From NCBI RefSeq assembly GCF_000320505.1, contig NZ_BAGX02000020.1, forward strand, positions 18,573 through 42,572: 24,000 nt of DNA, given 5' to 3'. Numbering within the stretch: position 1 is the first letter of the stretch; the number at the start of each line of letters is the position of its first letter. This DNA comes from Methanobrevibacter boviskoreani JH1 (GTDB lineage Archaea; Methanobacteriota; Methanobacteria; Methanobacteriales; Methanobacteriaceae). Shown in pieces: positions 1-10,248 of the stretch. The notes under the pieces were generated by a model, which worked only from the letters and a program-made list of their open reading frames with translations, ran no database searches and had not been told where the DNA came from. The translations under genes were made by a program, and so were the position numbers.

Positions 1-200
1 TAAAACCTGATTAAAAAGCATATTTCCAATAAAAATATAAACAAAATATCAATCTATAGAATTGAGGTTTAAAAAACCAATAAGAAAAAATGAGAGCGAA
101 GATTAGAAATCCGTGAATCAAAAAAATGTATGTTGAAATAAAAATAAGTTTAAAAAGGCAATAAAAACTAAAAAAAGGAAAAAAGATATTTAAAATAAAT

Positions 201-656
201 TTACATTTTAATTACTGGAAGCTGAATTTCAGTAAGTTTATCATCAGTTTTTTCAAGAAAACCCTTAATATAAACTTCTTTAGGTGAACCAATAATATCA
301 TAATTATTATCCACCGCATATTGAGCTAAAGCAGTATATGTTTCCTTGATATTCTCCCTTCCACCTTTATGAATAGTAGTTAATACCTTATGACCAATCA
401 TATTTGCAGTATTTATTAAATCATTACCTTTAACTAATTCCTTAATAGGTACTCCAACATCATATACAACCTTATCAGGTTCCGTATTTTCAGGAAGTTT
501 ATAGAATATCATGAAAGGATCTCCGGCAGTTTCAACTTCCTCTTCCTCTAACCATCCTGCTAATTTTGCAAATAATACTTCCGCAGCCTCAAGTGTTCCT
601 TTATTACTGATTACTGCTATAAATTGATCGTCAATTGTCTTTTCCTCAAATTCCAT
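201..656 (-). CDS. GyrI-like / AraC-effector-binding-like small-molecule-binding domain protein (151 aa)
   Basis: Single-domain protein. The C-terminal half (HKVLTTIHKGGRENIKETYTALAQYAVDNNYDIIGSPKEVYI...TEIQLPV) matches the usual GyrI-like/SOUL-type pattern (G.Y..l...y..L..w....g......p.E.Y......T.i..Pv). ATG start. It sits 18 nt downstream of moeA on the same strand. Confidence 0.6.
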   Translation of the reverse strand: MEFEEKTIDDQFIAVISNKGTLEAAEVLFAKLAGWLEEEEVETAGDPFMIFYKLPENTEPDKVVYDVGVPIKELVKGNDLINTANMIGHKVLTTIHKGGRENIKETYTALAQYAVDNNYDIIGSPKEVYIKGFLEKTDDKLTEIQLPVIKM

Positions 657-674
657 AGTTTATTCTCCATTGAT

Positions 675-1901
675 TTAATTAAATAAATTTACCTCAACTA
701 TTTCTCCCTCTTCAACAAGTTCAGTATTTTTAGATACATTTACATATCCATCTGCACGGGCAAGAGAGAAAATAGCTCCAGAATCTTTAAATATAGGTTC
801 TACTTTACCCTCATCATATTTAACTAGTTGATATTGTTCCCTTCCAATGGCAGAGTGAATTCTTTTAGTAAGTTTGCCTTCCACCTTTTTAAGAGAAGAT
901 TCTTTTAAACCTAATAAAGAACGAATCGCAGGTGCAACAAATACATTAAATATTACAAGTGAAGATACCGGATTTCCTGGAAGTCCAATAACTAGTTTCT
1001 CACCTATAACCCCTAAGATAGTAGGCTTACCTGGCTGAACTGCAATACCGTGAAGTTTAACCTCACCGATCTCATCTAAAACATGTTTTAAAACATCCCC
1101 AACACCTGCAGATGTTCCTCCAGAACATATTAAAATATCATATTCCTCTAAACATTCCAAGATTTTAGACTTTAACTGATCATAATCATCTTTTACTATA
1201 CCTTTTATGGTTCCATTAGCGCCAATAGATTCAACAGCATTTTTAATCATATAACTGTTAACATCATATATTTTAGAAGGTTTTAATTCCTCTCCTAATT
1301 CAGTTAATTCATTGCCTGTTGAAATGATTGAAATATTAGGTTTCTTATAAACCTTAACAGTTGTAAATCCCTGAGCTGCTAAAACCCCAATTTTACTAGC
1401 AGAAAGAACAGTGTCTTTTTTAATAAGTAGATTACCATCTTTAACATCAGACCCTTTCTTACCAACATCCTGAGTAGGTGTTACACTAGTATACAACTCT
1501 ACCTCATCACCATTTTTTAGTGAATATTCAAACATCAGAACAGAATCTGCACCTTCAGGTAAAGGTGATCCTGTACTTATCTCTACAGCCAAACCATTTT
1601 CAACAGTTTTTTTAGAATAAGAACCTGCCTCAAGAGCATCTATTACCTTGAGTACCTTAGGATTTTCCTCAGAAGCACCGAAACTATCCTCTGATTTAAT
1701 TGCAAACCCGTCTTTTAATGCCCTGTCAAATGGAGGAAAGTCAATTTTAGCATAGATATCCTCAAATACCACACGGCCATTACTATTTTCAATAGGAATT
1801 TCCTCCCCTTCTGGTTCATAATACTTATTAAAATACTCTTGAATCAAATTTTTAGCATCTACTGAATCTTTAATATTTAAAAACTCAGTTCCCATTATCA
1901 C
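675..1901 (-). CDS. moeA: Molybdopterin molybdenum/tungsten transferase MoeA (408 aa)
   Basis: Full-length MoeA architecture. The N-terminal region has FDRALKDGFA (MoeA: fd.SamDGyA). The central MoCF-binding domain has ISTGNEL and CSGGTSAGVGD (canonical sGGvSvG..D). The C-terminal beta-barrel region is present. ATG start. Confidence 0.9.
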   Translation of the reverse strand: MIMGTEFLNIKDSVDAKNLIQEYFNKYYEPEGEEIPIENSNGRVVFEDIYAKIDFPPFDRALKDGFAIKSEDSFGASEENPKVLKVIDALEAGSYSKKTVENGLAVEISTGSPLPEGADSVLMFEYSLKNGDEVELYTSVTPTQDVGKKGSDVKDGNLLIKKDTVLSASKIGVLAAQGFTTVKVYKKPNISIISTGNELTELGEELKPSKIYDVNSYMIKNAVESIGANGTIKGIVKDDYDQLKSKILECLEEYDILICSGGTSAGVGDVLKHVLDEIGEVKLHGIAVQPGKPTILGVIGEKLVIGLPGNPVSSLVIFNVFVAPAIRSLLGLKESSLKKVEGKLTKRIHSAIGREQYQLVKYDEGKVEPIFKDSGAIFSLARADGYVNVSKNTELVEEGEIVEVNLFN

Positions 1902-2211
1902 ACCTCTAAAAGATTATCCAAAATAATTAATAGATTTATTATTTAATATAGACTTATAAAAATAAAACTTCTAAATAAATTATTTACACTACATACATAT
2001 TATTAAGAATTAATTAATAAATTTTTATATATAAAAACAAATTCGAAACATGATTAAATTTCAATTAATTGGATATTTTAATTAATTAAAATATTTATAT
2101 AATAACTTTTTATAATATAAAGAACATAATATTAATACTATATATTTAAAATTAAAATTGATTTTTATATGAATTATTAGGAAAAATTATATTTGAAATG
2201 GAGGAAAATAC

Positions 2212-2526
2212 TTGGCAAATAAAAAGAACAATAACAATAATCAGCAACAAAGTTACAGAAGGGTTAGAACACCTAAAAATGGAGAAATAGCTGGTGTTGT
2301 TGAACAGATTATGGGACATGGAAAACTTAAAGTTAGATGTGCAGACGGTTTTATACGTACCACACGTATTCCTGGAAAAATGAAAAAAAGAATATGGATT
2401 CGTGAAGGTGACGTTATCCTTGTAAAACCATGGGATTTCCAAAGTGAAGAAAAGGCTGATGTTATTTGGAGATATACCAAAACCGAATCCAATTGGCTTG
2501 AAAGAAAAGGATATTTAAAAATGTAA
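2212..2526 (+). CDS. eif1a: Translation initiation factor aIF-1A (104 aa)
   Basis: S1/OB-fold eIF-1A signature: RVRTPKNGEIAGVVEQIMGHGKLKVRCADGFIRTTRIPGKMKKRIWIREGDVILVKPWDFQ..KADVIWRY. TTG start at 2212, preceded by the GGAGG-like gaaatggaggaaaatac. Asn/Gln-rich low-complexity N-terminus. Confidence 0.93.
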   Translation: MANKKNNNNNQQQSYRRVRTPKNGEIAGVVEQIMGHGKLKVRCADGFIRTTRIPGKMKKRIWIREGDVILVKPWDFQSEEKADVIWRYTKTESNWLERKGYLKM

Positions 2527-2596
2527 ATATCTCTTTTACTCTTTTTTATAAAAATATTTTTCAAACTACCTAACTATTTTTAAATTATGTGATTAT

Positions 2597-3391
2597 ATGA
2601 AAGATAAAATAGCCAAAGCCGACGATGAAGTCCAGAAAATCATCTCCAGAAAACGTAAAAAGGGAGATGAAGATAGAAAAGTAGGTAGTGACATATTTGA
2701 TAAAAGAACCCTTGAGACCTTATACAAACTAGCCAATCAAAATTATCTTGATATTTTAAATGGTGAGATAAGCACTGGAAAGGAGGCTAATGTATTAAAA
2801 GGCATTAAAGGTGATGAATTTTACGCTGTAAAAATCTATCGTATTGCAACTTCTGATTTTAAAAAAATGAATTTCTATGTGGATGGGGATCCTAGATTTA
2901 AAATAAGACTTAATAATAAACATCAATTAATCACAGCATGGGTAAATAAAGAATATAAGAACCTTGAAAGATTATACAAGGCAAAGGTCAATGTTCCAAA
3001 ACCGATAACTTCCTTAAATAATGTGCTTATTTTAGAATTTATTGGAGATGAGGAAGGAAATCCCGCTAAAACTGTAAAATACCAAAAACCTAAAGATGTA
3101 GATAAATTTCTAGATGACCTGCTTAAAGAAACCTACAAATTTATCAATGATGCGAAACTAGTTCATGGAGATTTATCTGTATATAATGTAATGAATTTTA
3201 ATGAAAAACCAGTTATAATAGATGTTTCACAGTCTGTAACATCAGACAATCCCATAGCAAATGAACTATTAAAAAGAGATATTGGAAACCTATATAATGA
3301 TTTCAGGAAATTAGGTTCACAGATGAGCAAAGAAGAGATTGAAACTGCTATTGGAGTTGAAGACGGTAAATTACTATCCCTAAAAAAATGA
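2597..3391 (+). CDS. rio1: RIO-type serine/threonine protein kinase, Rio1-like (264 aa)
   Basis: RIO-domain motifs: ISTGKEANVL (ATP-binding loop), AVKIYR, the catalytic loop LVHGDLSVYNVM (canonical lVHgDLSeyNil) and the metal-binding IIDVSQSV. No N-terminal winged helix, so it is Rio1-type rather than Rio2-type. Confidence 0.9.
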   Translation: MKDKIAKADDEVQKIISRKRKKGDEDRKVGSDIFDKRTLETLYKLANQNYLDILNGEISTGKEANVLKGIKGDEFYAVKIYRIATSDFKKMNFYVDGDPRFKIRLNNKHQLITAWVNKEYKNLERLYKAKVNVPKPITSLNNVLILEFIGDEEGNPAKTVKYQKPKDVDKFLDDLLKETYKFINDAKLVHGDLSVYNVMNFNEKPVIIDVSQSVTSDNPIANELLKRDIGNLYNDFRKLGSQMSKEEIETAIGVEDGKLLSLKK

Positions 3392-3656
3392 TTTTTTTAA
3401 ACTATAAAATATTATCATTGAAGATGTTTTTTACTTAAGTTACTTATTCTCAAATAATTTAGAATCATATTTAAAATTAAAATCCGATTAAAGAATTTTA
3501 AAATTCCAAATATGATTAGCATTTTAAAAATGAAACTTTAAACCCATATTAGATTGATAAATTTAATAGATGGATTTTGAAACAATTAGAAATTAATAAA
3601 TATAACAATAAATAAATCTAGATTTGATTAATTTTATATTAGAAGAGGTGTATTAA

Positions 3657-4256
3657 ATGGCAGAAACTGATTATTTAAAAATCCCACAGGAACGTGTTGG
3701 AGTTTTAATTGGAAAAGATGGTTCTGTTAAAAAAACAATCGAAGATACATTAAACACAATACTCGATATCAATAGTGATGAAGGTACAGTGACCATATAT
3801 CCCCAGGAAAGTATGGAAGATCCTTTAGGTGTTTGGAAAACCAACTATGTTGTTAAAGCTATTGGACGTGGTTTTAACCCAGAAACAGCATTAAAACTTA
3901 AAGAAGACGACATGTATTTAGAAGTTTTAAAATTAACTGAGGCTGTTGGAAAAAATAAGAAGGCATTGGCAAGACAAAAAGGAAGAATAATTGGTAGAGG
4001 GGGAGTTACCAAAGATATTATTGTTGATATGGCTGATGTCGATATGGCTGTTTATGGCAAGACCGTTTCACTAATTGGTAAACTTGAAAATATTATGATT
4101 GCAAAAGAAGCGATCGAAATGATATTAAACGGTTCAAGACATAAGTCCGTTTACAGTTTCCTTGAAAATAAGAAACGTGAAAGAAAAGTCAAAGAGTTCA
4201 AGGAATCAATAGGTATTAGCCAAGATAAAATTGAACTTAGAGACGATTTAGACTGA
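3657..4256 (+). CDS. Two-KH-domain RNA-binding protein, archaeal Dim2/Pno1-like (199 aa)
   Basis: Two type-I KH GxxG loops: VGVLIGKDGSVKKTIE and IIGRGGVTKDIIV. Its position downstream of aIF-1A and Rio1 matches the widely conserved archaeal aIF1A-Rio1-KH(Dim2) neighbourhood. A GAGGTG Shine-Dalgarno-like motif lies 8 nt upstream of the ATG. Confidence 0.8.
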   Translation: MAETDYLKIPQERVGVLIGKDGSVKKTIEDTLNTILDINSDEGTVTIYPQESMEDPLGVWKTNYVVKAIGRGFNPETALKLKEDDMYLEVLKLTEAVGKNKKALARQKGRIIGRGGVTKDIIVDMADVDMAVYGKTVSLIGKLENIMIAKEAIEMILNGSRHKSVYSFLENKKRERKVKEFKESIGISQDKIELRDDLD

Positions 4257-4811
4257 ATATAATATTTTTATATTCACTATTTTTTTAAAGTTAATCAACA
4301 AGAATTAGATTTTTTAAATTAAAACAAATAAACCTACTATTTTTAAAAACAGCGAAATCTCAACTCTAAAAACAATTTTAACAGGAATTATCGATTTAAA
4401 TATTAGTTTTCATATACTCTTGGAAATATTCTTTATATATAAAAGTTGATAGAATATTTTATCTAAAAACTAATAAAAAAAATCTAAACATACACAAGAG
4501 TAATAATTTTTATTATAAATAAATTCGATACCATAATTAAAATAGTAATAGTAATATCATCTATTATTTTTAATAATTATAAAACTAAAAATATTAAAAA
4601 TATATGAAAAATATTATATATAAAAATCAATATATGTATATGTAAGAGTAAAATAACACAATTTTTCATAATTTTTTAATGATTTTTTTTAGATTTTATT
4701 TAAATTTAATTTTTTTAAATAAAAAGATTACTTTTTTATTGGATTTTATGACTTATCGAAAAATTAGATACTCTTTTGTTTAGATAAATAATTTTTAAAA
4801 GGAGGTTCAAT

Positions 4812-6608
4812 TTGTCTCAACAAGCATCAGAACTCTTTGAAAACTTTCAAGAATTAACTCCATCAGAGTTCTTTAGGAAAAATAAACAGATGTTAGGATT
4901 TTCTGGAAAAATCAGATCTTTAACCATAGTTTTCCACGAATTAATTACTAACAGTTTTGACGCAGCTGAGGAAGCAGGTATATTACCTGAAATCAATATT
5001 GACTTAAAAAGAGTCAGCAAAGAACATTATATTTTAAGACATGCAGATAATGGTCCAGGTATTCCGGAACCATTTATTATGAAGGTATATTGTACCATGT
5101 TTGCAGGTTCTAAATTCAGAAACATCCAATCCAGAGGTCAGCAAGGTTTAGGATGTAGTGGTTGTGTACTTTTATCACAAATGACTACAGGTAAACCTGC
5201 AAGAGTTATCTCAGGATATATGGAAGACGGTGAACTTAAAGGAGTTAAACTTAAATTTAAAATGGATGTTAAAAAGAACGTTGGTCTTTTAATGGACAGG
5301 GAAGAAGTGAAATTAGATCATACTGGTGTATGTATTGAACTTCAATTTAAGGATGTTTCCTATTCTATGGCCGAACAAGGAGCATTTGAATATATTCGTA
5401 GAACAATGATTGCAAACCCACATGCAAAGATTACATTTAGGGATCCATCTGGACACAAATACATATTCAATAGGGCAGCGGATGTTGTTCCTGTACTTCC
5501 AAAAGAGGTATTACCACATCCAAAAGGAGTAACTGCAGATGATATTCATTTCATGGCAAAACATACCGACAAAAGAAGTTACAAAAGTATGTTAACCAGT
5601 TCCCTTTCAAGAATGTCAAGTAAAAGAGTTAAAGAAATTGGAGAAATGACTGGAATTGACATGAAGAAACGTCCGAAAGATATGAAATGGGAAGAAGCAG
5701 AAGCTATTGTAAAATGCTTCGATAAAATGAAATTCATGGCTCCTCCAAGTAATGGACTTATACCTATTGGAAGTGAACAGATTGAAAAGGGTATTAGACA
5801 AATCTTAAAGCCGGAATTTGTAGAAACCATTACAAGAAAACCTGTAACTTATAAGGGTGGTGTAGCATTCATCATTGAAGCAGGTATTGCTTATGGTGGA
5901 GAAGCTGGACGTCTAGTTAATGATCAGAGAAAATCCGAAATTATGAGATTTGCAAATAGAGTACCTTTAACCTTTGATCAGGGAAGCTGTGCTATTACAG
6001 AAGCATTAAAAAGTATTGATTGGAAACGTTACGGAATTAAGGATTTTGAAAATTCACCAATTACATTATTTGTAAACATGATTTCCACACAGATTCCATA
6101 CCTATCAACTGGAAAACAAAGTATTGCCCCTGAGCCAGAAATTTTACACGAGGTAAGACAGGCTACAATGACTCTTGCACGTAAGTTACAAAAACATATT
6201 AAACGTAAAAAGGCAGATAAGGAAAAAGCAATGCGTTCAAAAATATTTGAAGAGATTGTACCTGTTATCATTGAAGAATCCGCTGCGCTTGGTGAGGTCG
6301 AGGTTCCAGACTACACCAAGGTTCTATCAAAAGTTACTAAAAGAGCTATTGCAGAGTTACTTGGTGAAGTTCCTGAAGAGGAAGAAGAGGAAGAGGAAGA
6401 CGAAGCTCTTATCATGGAGGAACTTGACGAATACGGATATGCAGTAGATGAGGAGCAATCAAACCTCAAAAAAGAAAAATCTTCCCAAAGATTTGCAGTT
6501 TCAGAAGATGATTTAATCTATGAAGAAAGAATGAGAGAACAGGAAGAAGCTAAAGAAGCAGCAAAACAAGCTAAAAAAGCTAAAAAAGCTAAAGAAGAAG
6601 GTGAATAA
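4812..6608 (+). CDS. top6B: DNA topoisomerase VI subunit B (598 aa) with an acidic/lysine-rich C-terminal tail
   Basis: GHKL/Bergerat ATPase motifs [10 protein letters not shown] (N box) and DNGPGI (G1 box), followed by transducer-domain-like sequence. TTG start at 4812, preceded by AGGAGGT at 4800-4806. The stop lies 2 nt before the top6A ATG. Confidence 0.95.
   Translation: MSQQASELFENFQELTPSEFFRKNKQMLGFSGKIRSLTIVFHELITNSFDAAEEAGILPEINIDLKRVSKEHYILRHADNGPGIPEPFIMKVYCTMFAGSKFRNIQSRGQQGLGCSGCVLLSQMTTGKPARVISGYMEDGELKGVKLKFKMDVKKNVGLLMDREEVKLDHTGVCIELQFKDVSYSMAEQGAFEYIRRTMIANPHAKITFRDPSGHKYIFNRAADVVPVLPKEVLPHPKGVTADDIHFMAKHTDKRSYKSMLTSSLSRMSSKRVKEIGEMTGIDMKKRPKDMKWEEAEAIVKCFDKMKFMAPPSNGLIPIGSEQIEKGIRQILKPEFVETITRKPVTYKGGVAFIIEAGIAYGGEAGRLVNDQRKSEIMRFANRVPLTFDQGSCAITEALKSIDWKRYGIKDFENSPITLFVNMISTQIPYLSTGKQSIAPEPEILHEVRQATMTLARKLQKHIKRKKADKEKAMRSKIFEEIVPVIIEESAALGEVEVPDYTKVLSKVTKRAIAELLGEVPEEEEEEEEDEALIMEELDEYGYAVDEEQSNLKKEKSSQRFAVSEDDLIYEERMREQEEAKEAAKQAKKAKKAKEEGE
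6375..6596 (+). repeat. Coding low-complexity repeats within the top6B tail: a GAA/GAG run (6375-6404) and 9-bp gctaaaaaa/gctaaagaa units (6549-6557, 6570-6596)
   Basis: Read directly from the sequence: gaagaggaagaagaggaagaggaagacgaa encodes [10 protein letters not shown], and gctaaaaaagctaaaaaagctaaagaa encodes AKKAKKAKE. Confidence 0.8.
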
Positions 6609-6610
6609 AT

Positions 6611-7726
6611 ATGGCTGATGAGGAAAGACAACCACTAAAAAAACACATGCCTAAAGAAAAACGTAAAGAATACACCTATAACAAACTCAAATATCTTGGT
6701 CAGGATATTATCGATGATGTTACAAAGGATAAGATTCCTACATTAAAAGTACCTTCCAGAGGAACCGGTAATATCCACTATGACCCTGATAAAAGATACT
6801 ATGTATTAGGCGATAGATACAGTAAAAGATCTATGGGTAATGTTAAGCAACTTAGAAAATTAGGCCAGATGGTTTGTACTGCTAATTTCTGTAAGGATCT
6901 TGTTCAAAGAGAAAAGACTGCTACCATCAGGGAAATGTATTATATTAGTGAAGGTTGGGGTGTTGAATTTAACACACAACAAGAATCCAACACTGTTGGA
7001 GAAGATTTGGAAGTTATGTTAGGTACCACCCGTGAAGAGTTAGGGCTTATGCCAGAAGAGGACGGTGCATCAGTTTATGGAGACATTACCTTAGAAGATG
7101 ATGGCGTAGAGATTAACGCACTTAGAGCTGGAAAATCTGGTTATACAATTTCACCTACCATTGATGAAGTTGAATTTACAGCTTTAGGAGACAATGTGAA
7201 AAGGGTAATGGCTGTAGAAACCATGGGAATGTTCCACCGTATGGTCCAGGAACATGCATATGATAAATTTGATACATTAATCATAGGACTTAAAGGTCAA
7301 GCGGCTCGTGCTACAAGAAGATTCATTAAAAGGGTTAATGAGGAATTAGGTCTTCCAGTCTATATCTGTAACGATGGAGATCCATGGGGTTTCCACATTG
7401 GACAGGTAATTATCTCAGGTAGTGCTAAGCTTGCACATGTAAACCATGAACTTGCAACACCTAATGCTAAATTCATGGGAGTAACTGCCAGTGATATTAT
7501 TAAATATGATCTTCCAAGTGATCCTTTAAAAGATGTGGATGTAATGAGACTTAAGGAATTAGCAAAAGATCCAAGATATCAAACTGATTTCTGGCAGACT
7601 GAAATCAAAAAGATGCTTAAAATCGGGAAAAAAGCAGAGCAGCAATCTTTCTCCAAGTATGGTCTTGAATATGTTATTGATGAGTATTTCCCAACAAAAC
7701 TTAGAGAAATGGGTGCAGATTTATAA
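6611..7726 (+). CDS. top6A: DNA topoisomerase VI subunit A, Spo11 homologue (371 aa)
   Basis: The winged-helix region with the catalytic-Tyr context [12 protein letters not shown] is present. Toprim acidic motifs are AVETMGMF (E) and [11 protein letters not shown] (DxD). The ATG is preceded by AGGTGA inside the end of top6B, which indicates translational coupling. Confidence 0.95.
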   Translation: MADEERQPLKKHMPKEKRKEYTYNKLKYLGQDIIDDVTKDKIPTLKVPSRGTGNIHYDPDKRYYVLGDRYSKRSMGNVKQLRKLGQMVCTANFCKDLVQREKTATIREMYYISEGWGVEFNTQQESNTVGEDLEVMLGTTREELGLMPEEDGASVYGDITLEDDGVEINALRAGKSGYTISPTIDEVEFTALGDNVKRVMAVETMGMFHRMVQEHAYDKFDTLIIGLKGQAARATRRFIKRVNEELGLPVYICNDGDPWGFHIGQVIISGSAKLAHVNHELATPNAKFMGVTASDIIKYDLPSDPLKDVDVMRLKELAKDPRYQTDFWQTEIKKMLKIGKKAEQQSFSKYGLEYVIDEYFPTKLREMGADL

Positions 7727-7820
7727 TTGTAGGATTACAGCATAAATACAATATTAAACCAACTAATAAGTTTATAATTTAGCAAATAGCTAAAGAACAA
7801 ATAAAAACACGATTTTTAAA

Positions 7821-7858
7821 TCCATAATAATTTATATTATTATGGAATACTATTTTTT
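7821..7858 (+). terminator. Candidate terminator: perfect 11-bp inverted repeat plus a T6 tract downstream of top6A
   Basis: tccataataat (7821-7831) / loop ttat / attattatgga (7836-7846), followed by atactatttttt with T6 at 7853-7858. It lies about 95 nt after the top6A stop. Archaeal termination is oligo-T driven, so the hairpin role is uncertain. Confidence 0.35.
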
Positions 7859-8017
7859 AAAGATGATAATCTTCATTTAAAAGCAATCTAATTTTTCTAC
7901 AATATTATCAAAAAATATTTTAACTAATTTATTAATAAAATATAATATTATTAATTAATTTTTAAAGCTTTTTTAATACAATATTAAAAATAGTTTATAA
8001 TTTAGGACTGATTAAAA

Positions 8018-9031
8018 ATGAAATCAATTGCTGTAAATGGAATTGGAACAATTGGAAAAAGAGTAGCTGATGCAGTTTCAGCTCAAGATGATATGAAAAT
8101 TGTTGGTGTATGTAAAACAAAACCTGATTTTGAAGCTCGTGCTGCTATAGAAAAGGGTTATGATTTATATATGGCCATACCTGAAAGAGAACAATTATTT
8201 AAAGATGCAGGAATAGAAGTTGCAGGTACTGTTGATGATATGATTGAGGAGGCAGATCTTGTAGTTGACTGTACACCAGGTAAGGTCGGAAGAACCAATC
8301 TTGAAAAATATAAGAAAGCAGGTACAAAGGCAATATATCAAGGTGGAGAAGACCATGATCTAACTGGAATATCATTTAATTCATTCTCTAATTATGATGA
8401 GTCATATGGTGCAGATTACTCACGTGTTGTATCTTGTAACACCACCGGTCTCACACGTACATTATATCCGATAAGCCAAATTGCAGATATTAAAAAGGTT
8501 AGAGCAGTTATGGTAAGACGTGGAGCAGATCCAAATGAAGTTAAAAAAGGACCTATTAATTCCATAGTACCAAACCCACCTAAAGTTCCTTCACACCATG
8601 GCCCTGATGTTGGAACTGTAATGAAAGGCATCGATATTACCACCATGGCCCTTCTTGTACCAACAACATTAATGCATGAACATAATATTATGGTGGAGTT
8701 AAATAATGAGGTTTCCACCGATGATATTATTGATGTTCTTGATAAAAGATCAAGAGTTATTCTTGCAGAGGCAAGTATGGGACTTGGCTCCACTGCAGAA
8801 TTAATGGAATATGCAAAAGAACTTGGAAGAAGTAGAAATGATTTATATGAGATTCCAGTATGGAAAGAATCAATTAATGTAGTTGATAACGAGCTTTACT
8901 ATATGCAAGCAGTACACCAAGAATCAGATGTTGTTCCTGAGAATGTTGATTGTATACGTGCAATGCTTGAGATGGAATCAGATAATGAAAAATCTATTAA
9001 GAAAACCAATGAAGCTATGGGGATTCTATAG
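8018..9031 (+). CDS. gap: Type II (archaeal) NAD(P)-dependent glyceraldehyde-3-phosphate dehydrogenase (337 aa)
   Basis: N-terminal Rossmann motif [12 protein letters not shown]. The catalytic-Cys motif VVSCNTTGL is characteristic of archaeal phosphorylating GAPDH. Length and overall pattern fit. Confidence 0.93.
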   Translation: MKSIAVNGIGTIGKRVADAVSAQDDMKIVGVCKTKPDFEARAAIEKGYDLYMAIPEREQLFKDAGIEVAGTVDDMIEEADLVVDCTPGKVGRTNLEKYKKAGTKAIYQGGEDHDLTGISFNSFSNYDESYGADYSRVVSCNTTGLTRTLYPISQIADIKKVRAVMVRRGADPNEVKKGPINSIVPNPPKVPSHHGPDVGTVMKGIDITTMALLVPTTLMHEHNIMVELNNEVSTDDIIDVLDKRSRVILAEASMGLGSTAELMEYAKELGRSRNDLYEIPVWKESINVVDNELYYMQAVHQESDVVPENVDCIRAMLEMESDNEKSIKKTNEAMGIL

Positions 9032-9088
9032 ATTTTTTAGTTTTTTAATTTTTAATTAATTCTTTTTTTTCAATTTTTAAACAATTTA

Positions 9089-9931
9089 GTGATTTTTATG
9101 GATAAAGTAATATTTGGACCTGCAGGAAAACCTAAAGGATATAAAGGCAAGGCATATGAGCCATGCGGTTATCTTAATGAGCGAAGACTATATGCATATG
9201 AATATCAATCAGGCCGCGGACTTAGAATTGGCGAGGAGAGTTCTAAAAAACTTAAAGCAGACTCTAAAAGAAATAAAGTAAAAGTTTCCATGCATTGTCC
9301 TTATTACATAAACATGTGTGCTAAAGAGGATGATAAAATCCGAAAATCCATTGAAAGTCTATTTAAATGTGGACAAGTTGGGGAATGGATGGGAGCATAT
9401 AGATTAGTTTTTCATCCAGGATACTATACAAAACAAAGTCCTAGTTTAGCTCTTGAAAAGGCAGAAAATGGGTATAAAGGATTACTTAAAAAATGCGAAG
9501 AGGAAGGACTTGAAGATTACACATTTGCTCCAGAAACAACTGGAAAGAAATCACAGCTTGGAAATGTTGATGAGATAATCCACATGTGTGAAAATCTCGA
9601 GCATTTCGAACCAACTATAGACTTTGCACATGTCCATGCAAGAGGTGAAGGAATATTAAATAGGAAAGAAGATTATAATTCAATCTTCTCAAAATTAGAG
9701 GACCATCTCAATATTGAAAGATTACATTGTCATTTTACAACAATTGAATATACAAACAAGGGAGAAAAAAGACACCACACTCTAGAGGAGAATGACGAAT
9801 ATGGTCCTAATATTGAGGATTTGCTTCAAAACCTAATTGACTATGGATGGAAAGCTACAATAATATGTGAAACACCCAAACTAGATGAGGATGCAATTAA
9901 AATGAGAGAAATCTATGAAAGTTTACTATAA
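9089..9931 (+). CDS. Endonuclease IV / xylose-isomerase-like TIM-barrel family protein (AP endonuclease family 2-like, ~277-280 aa)
   Basis: The order of metal-ligand motifs resembles Nfo: HCPYYINM (HapYliNl), LVFHPG, APETTGKKSQLG (lEn.aG....lG), IDFAHVHARG (.D.cH.fa.G), LHCHF, and C-terminal ICETP. The track start is GTG at 9089. The ATG at 9098 (MDKVIFGPAG...) is the more likely start. Confidence 0.65.
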   Translation: MIFMDKVIFGPAGKPKGYKGKAYEPCGYLNERRLYAYEYQSGRGLRIGEESSKKLKADSKRNKVKVSMHCPYYINMCAKEDDKIRKSIESLFKCGQVGEWMGAYRLVFHPGYYTKQSPSLALEKAENGYKGLLKKCEEEGLEDYTFAPETTGKKSQLGNVDEIIHMCENLEHFEPTIDFAHVHARGEGILNRKEDYNSIFSKLEDHLNIERLHCHFTTIEYTNKGEKRHHTLEENDEYGPNIEDLLQNLIDYGWKATIICETPKLDEDAIKMREIYESLL

Positions 9932-10248
9932 ACTTTCCACATCCCTATTTAAACAGATTTTAAATATAAATCCCATAATTAATAATAGATAGCTAAAATA
10001 ATAGATAATTCAAATTTTTTAATTTTAAATAACCTGATAAACAATCTATTTAATATAAATATTTTAATAAACCCCTAATTTTTCAAATTTAATCCTTTTT
10101 ATGGATTATTAAAAAAAATTTAAGAATACTAAACCATTAAGTTTAATAGATAAATAGCATAAATAATAATTTTTATAAAAATATTTTAAATCATACAGAA
10201 ATTAAAATAGAATTTTTTGATTTAAAATTTAAAAATAGAAATGAGTAG

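Noticed and set aside
1902-2211. TATA-box/BRE promoter calls in this and the other intergenic regions
   Set aside because: TATA-like strings (tttatata, ttatatat) occur many times in every AT-rich spacer. Without TSS data, any specific promoter call would be arbitrary, so none is listed as a feature.
2152-2564. Two - strand ORFs (2152-2442, 2253-2564) overlapping the aIF-1A gene
   Set aside because: They are antisense shadow ORFs of a strongly supported conserved gene. Their translations are low-complexity (F/I/S/L-rich) with no motifs and no SD.
4679-4783. 34-aa ATG ORF (MIFFRFYLNLIFLNKKITFLLDFMTYRKIRYSFV) in the long spacer upstream of top6B
   Set aside because: There is no SD. The composition simply mirrors poly-T/A-rich DNA. 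It would need conservation or ribosome-profiling evidence before being called.
4257-4811. Possible replication origin in the 555-bp AT-rich spacer
   Set aside because: I found no ORB/mini-ORB-type inverted repeats and no adjacent orc1/cdc6 gene. AT-richness alone is uninformative in a genome where all intergenic DNA is this AT-rich.
5579-6447. ORFs inside top6B: 5579-5830 (-), 5616-5801 (-), 6029-6271 (-), 6175-6447 (+, alternate frame)
   Set aside because: All are fully embedded in the well-supported top6B reading frame. Their compositions are typical of off-frame or antisense translation of AT-rich coding DNA. The + strand ORF's K/R-rich sequence is just the frame-shifted reading of the GAA/AAA-rich tail.
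8416-8793. 125-aa - strand ORF antisense to gap
   Set aside because: It is a shadow ORF within the conserved GAPDH gene, with no recognisable motifs.
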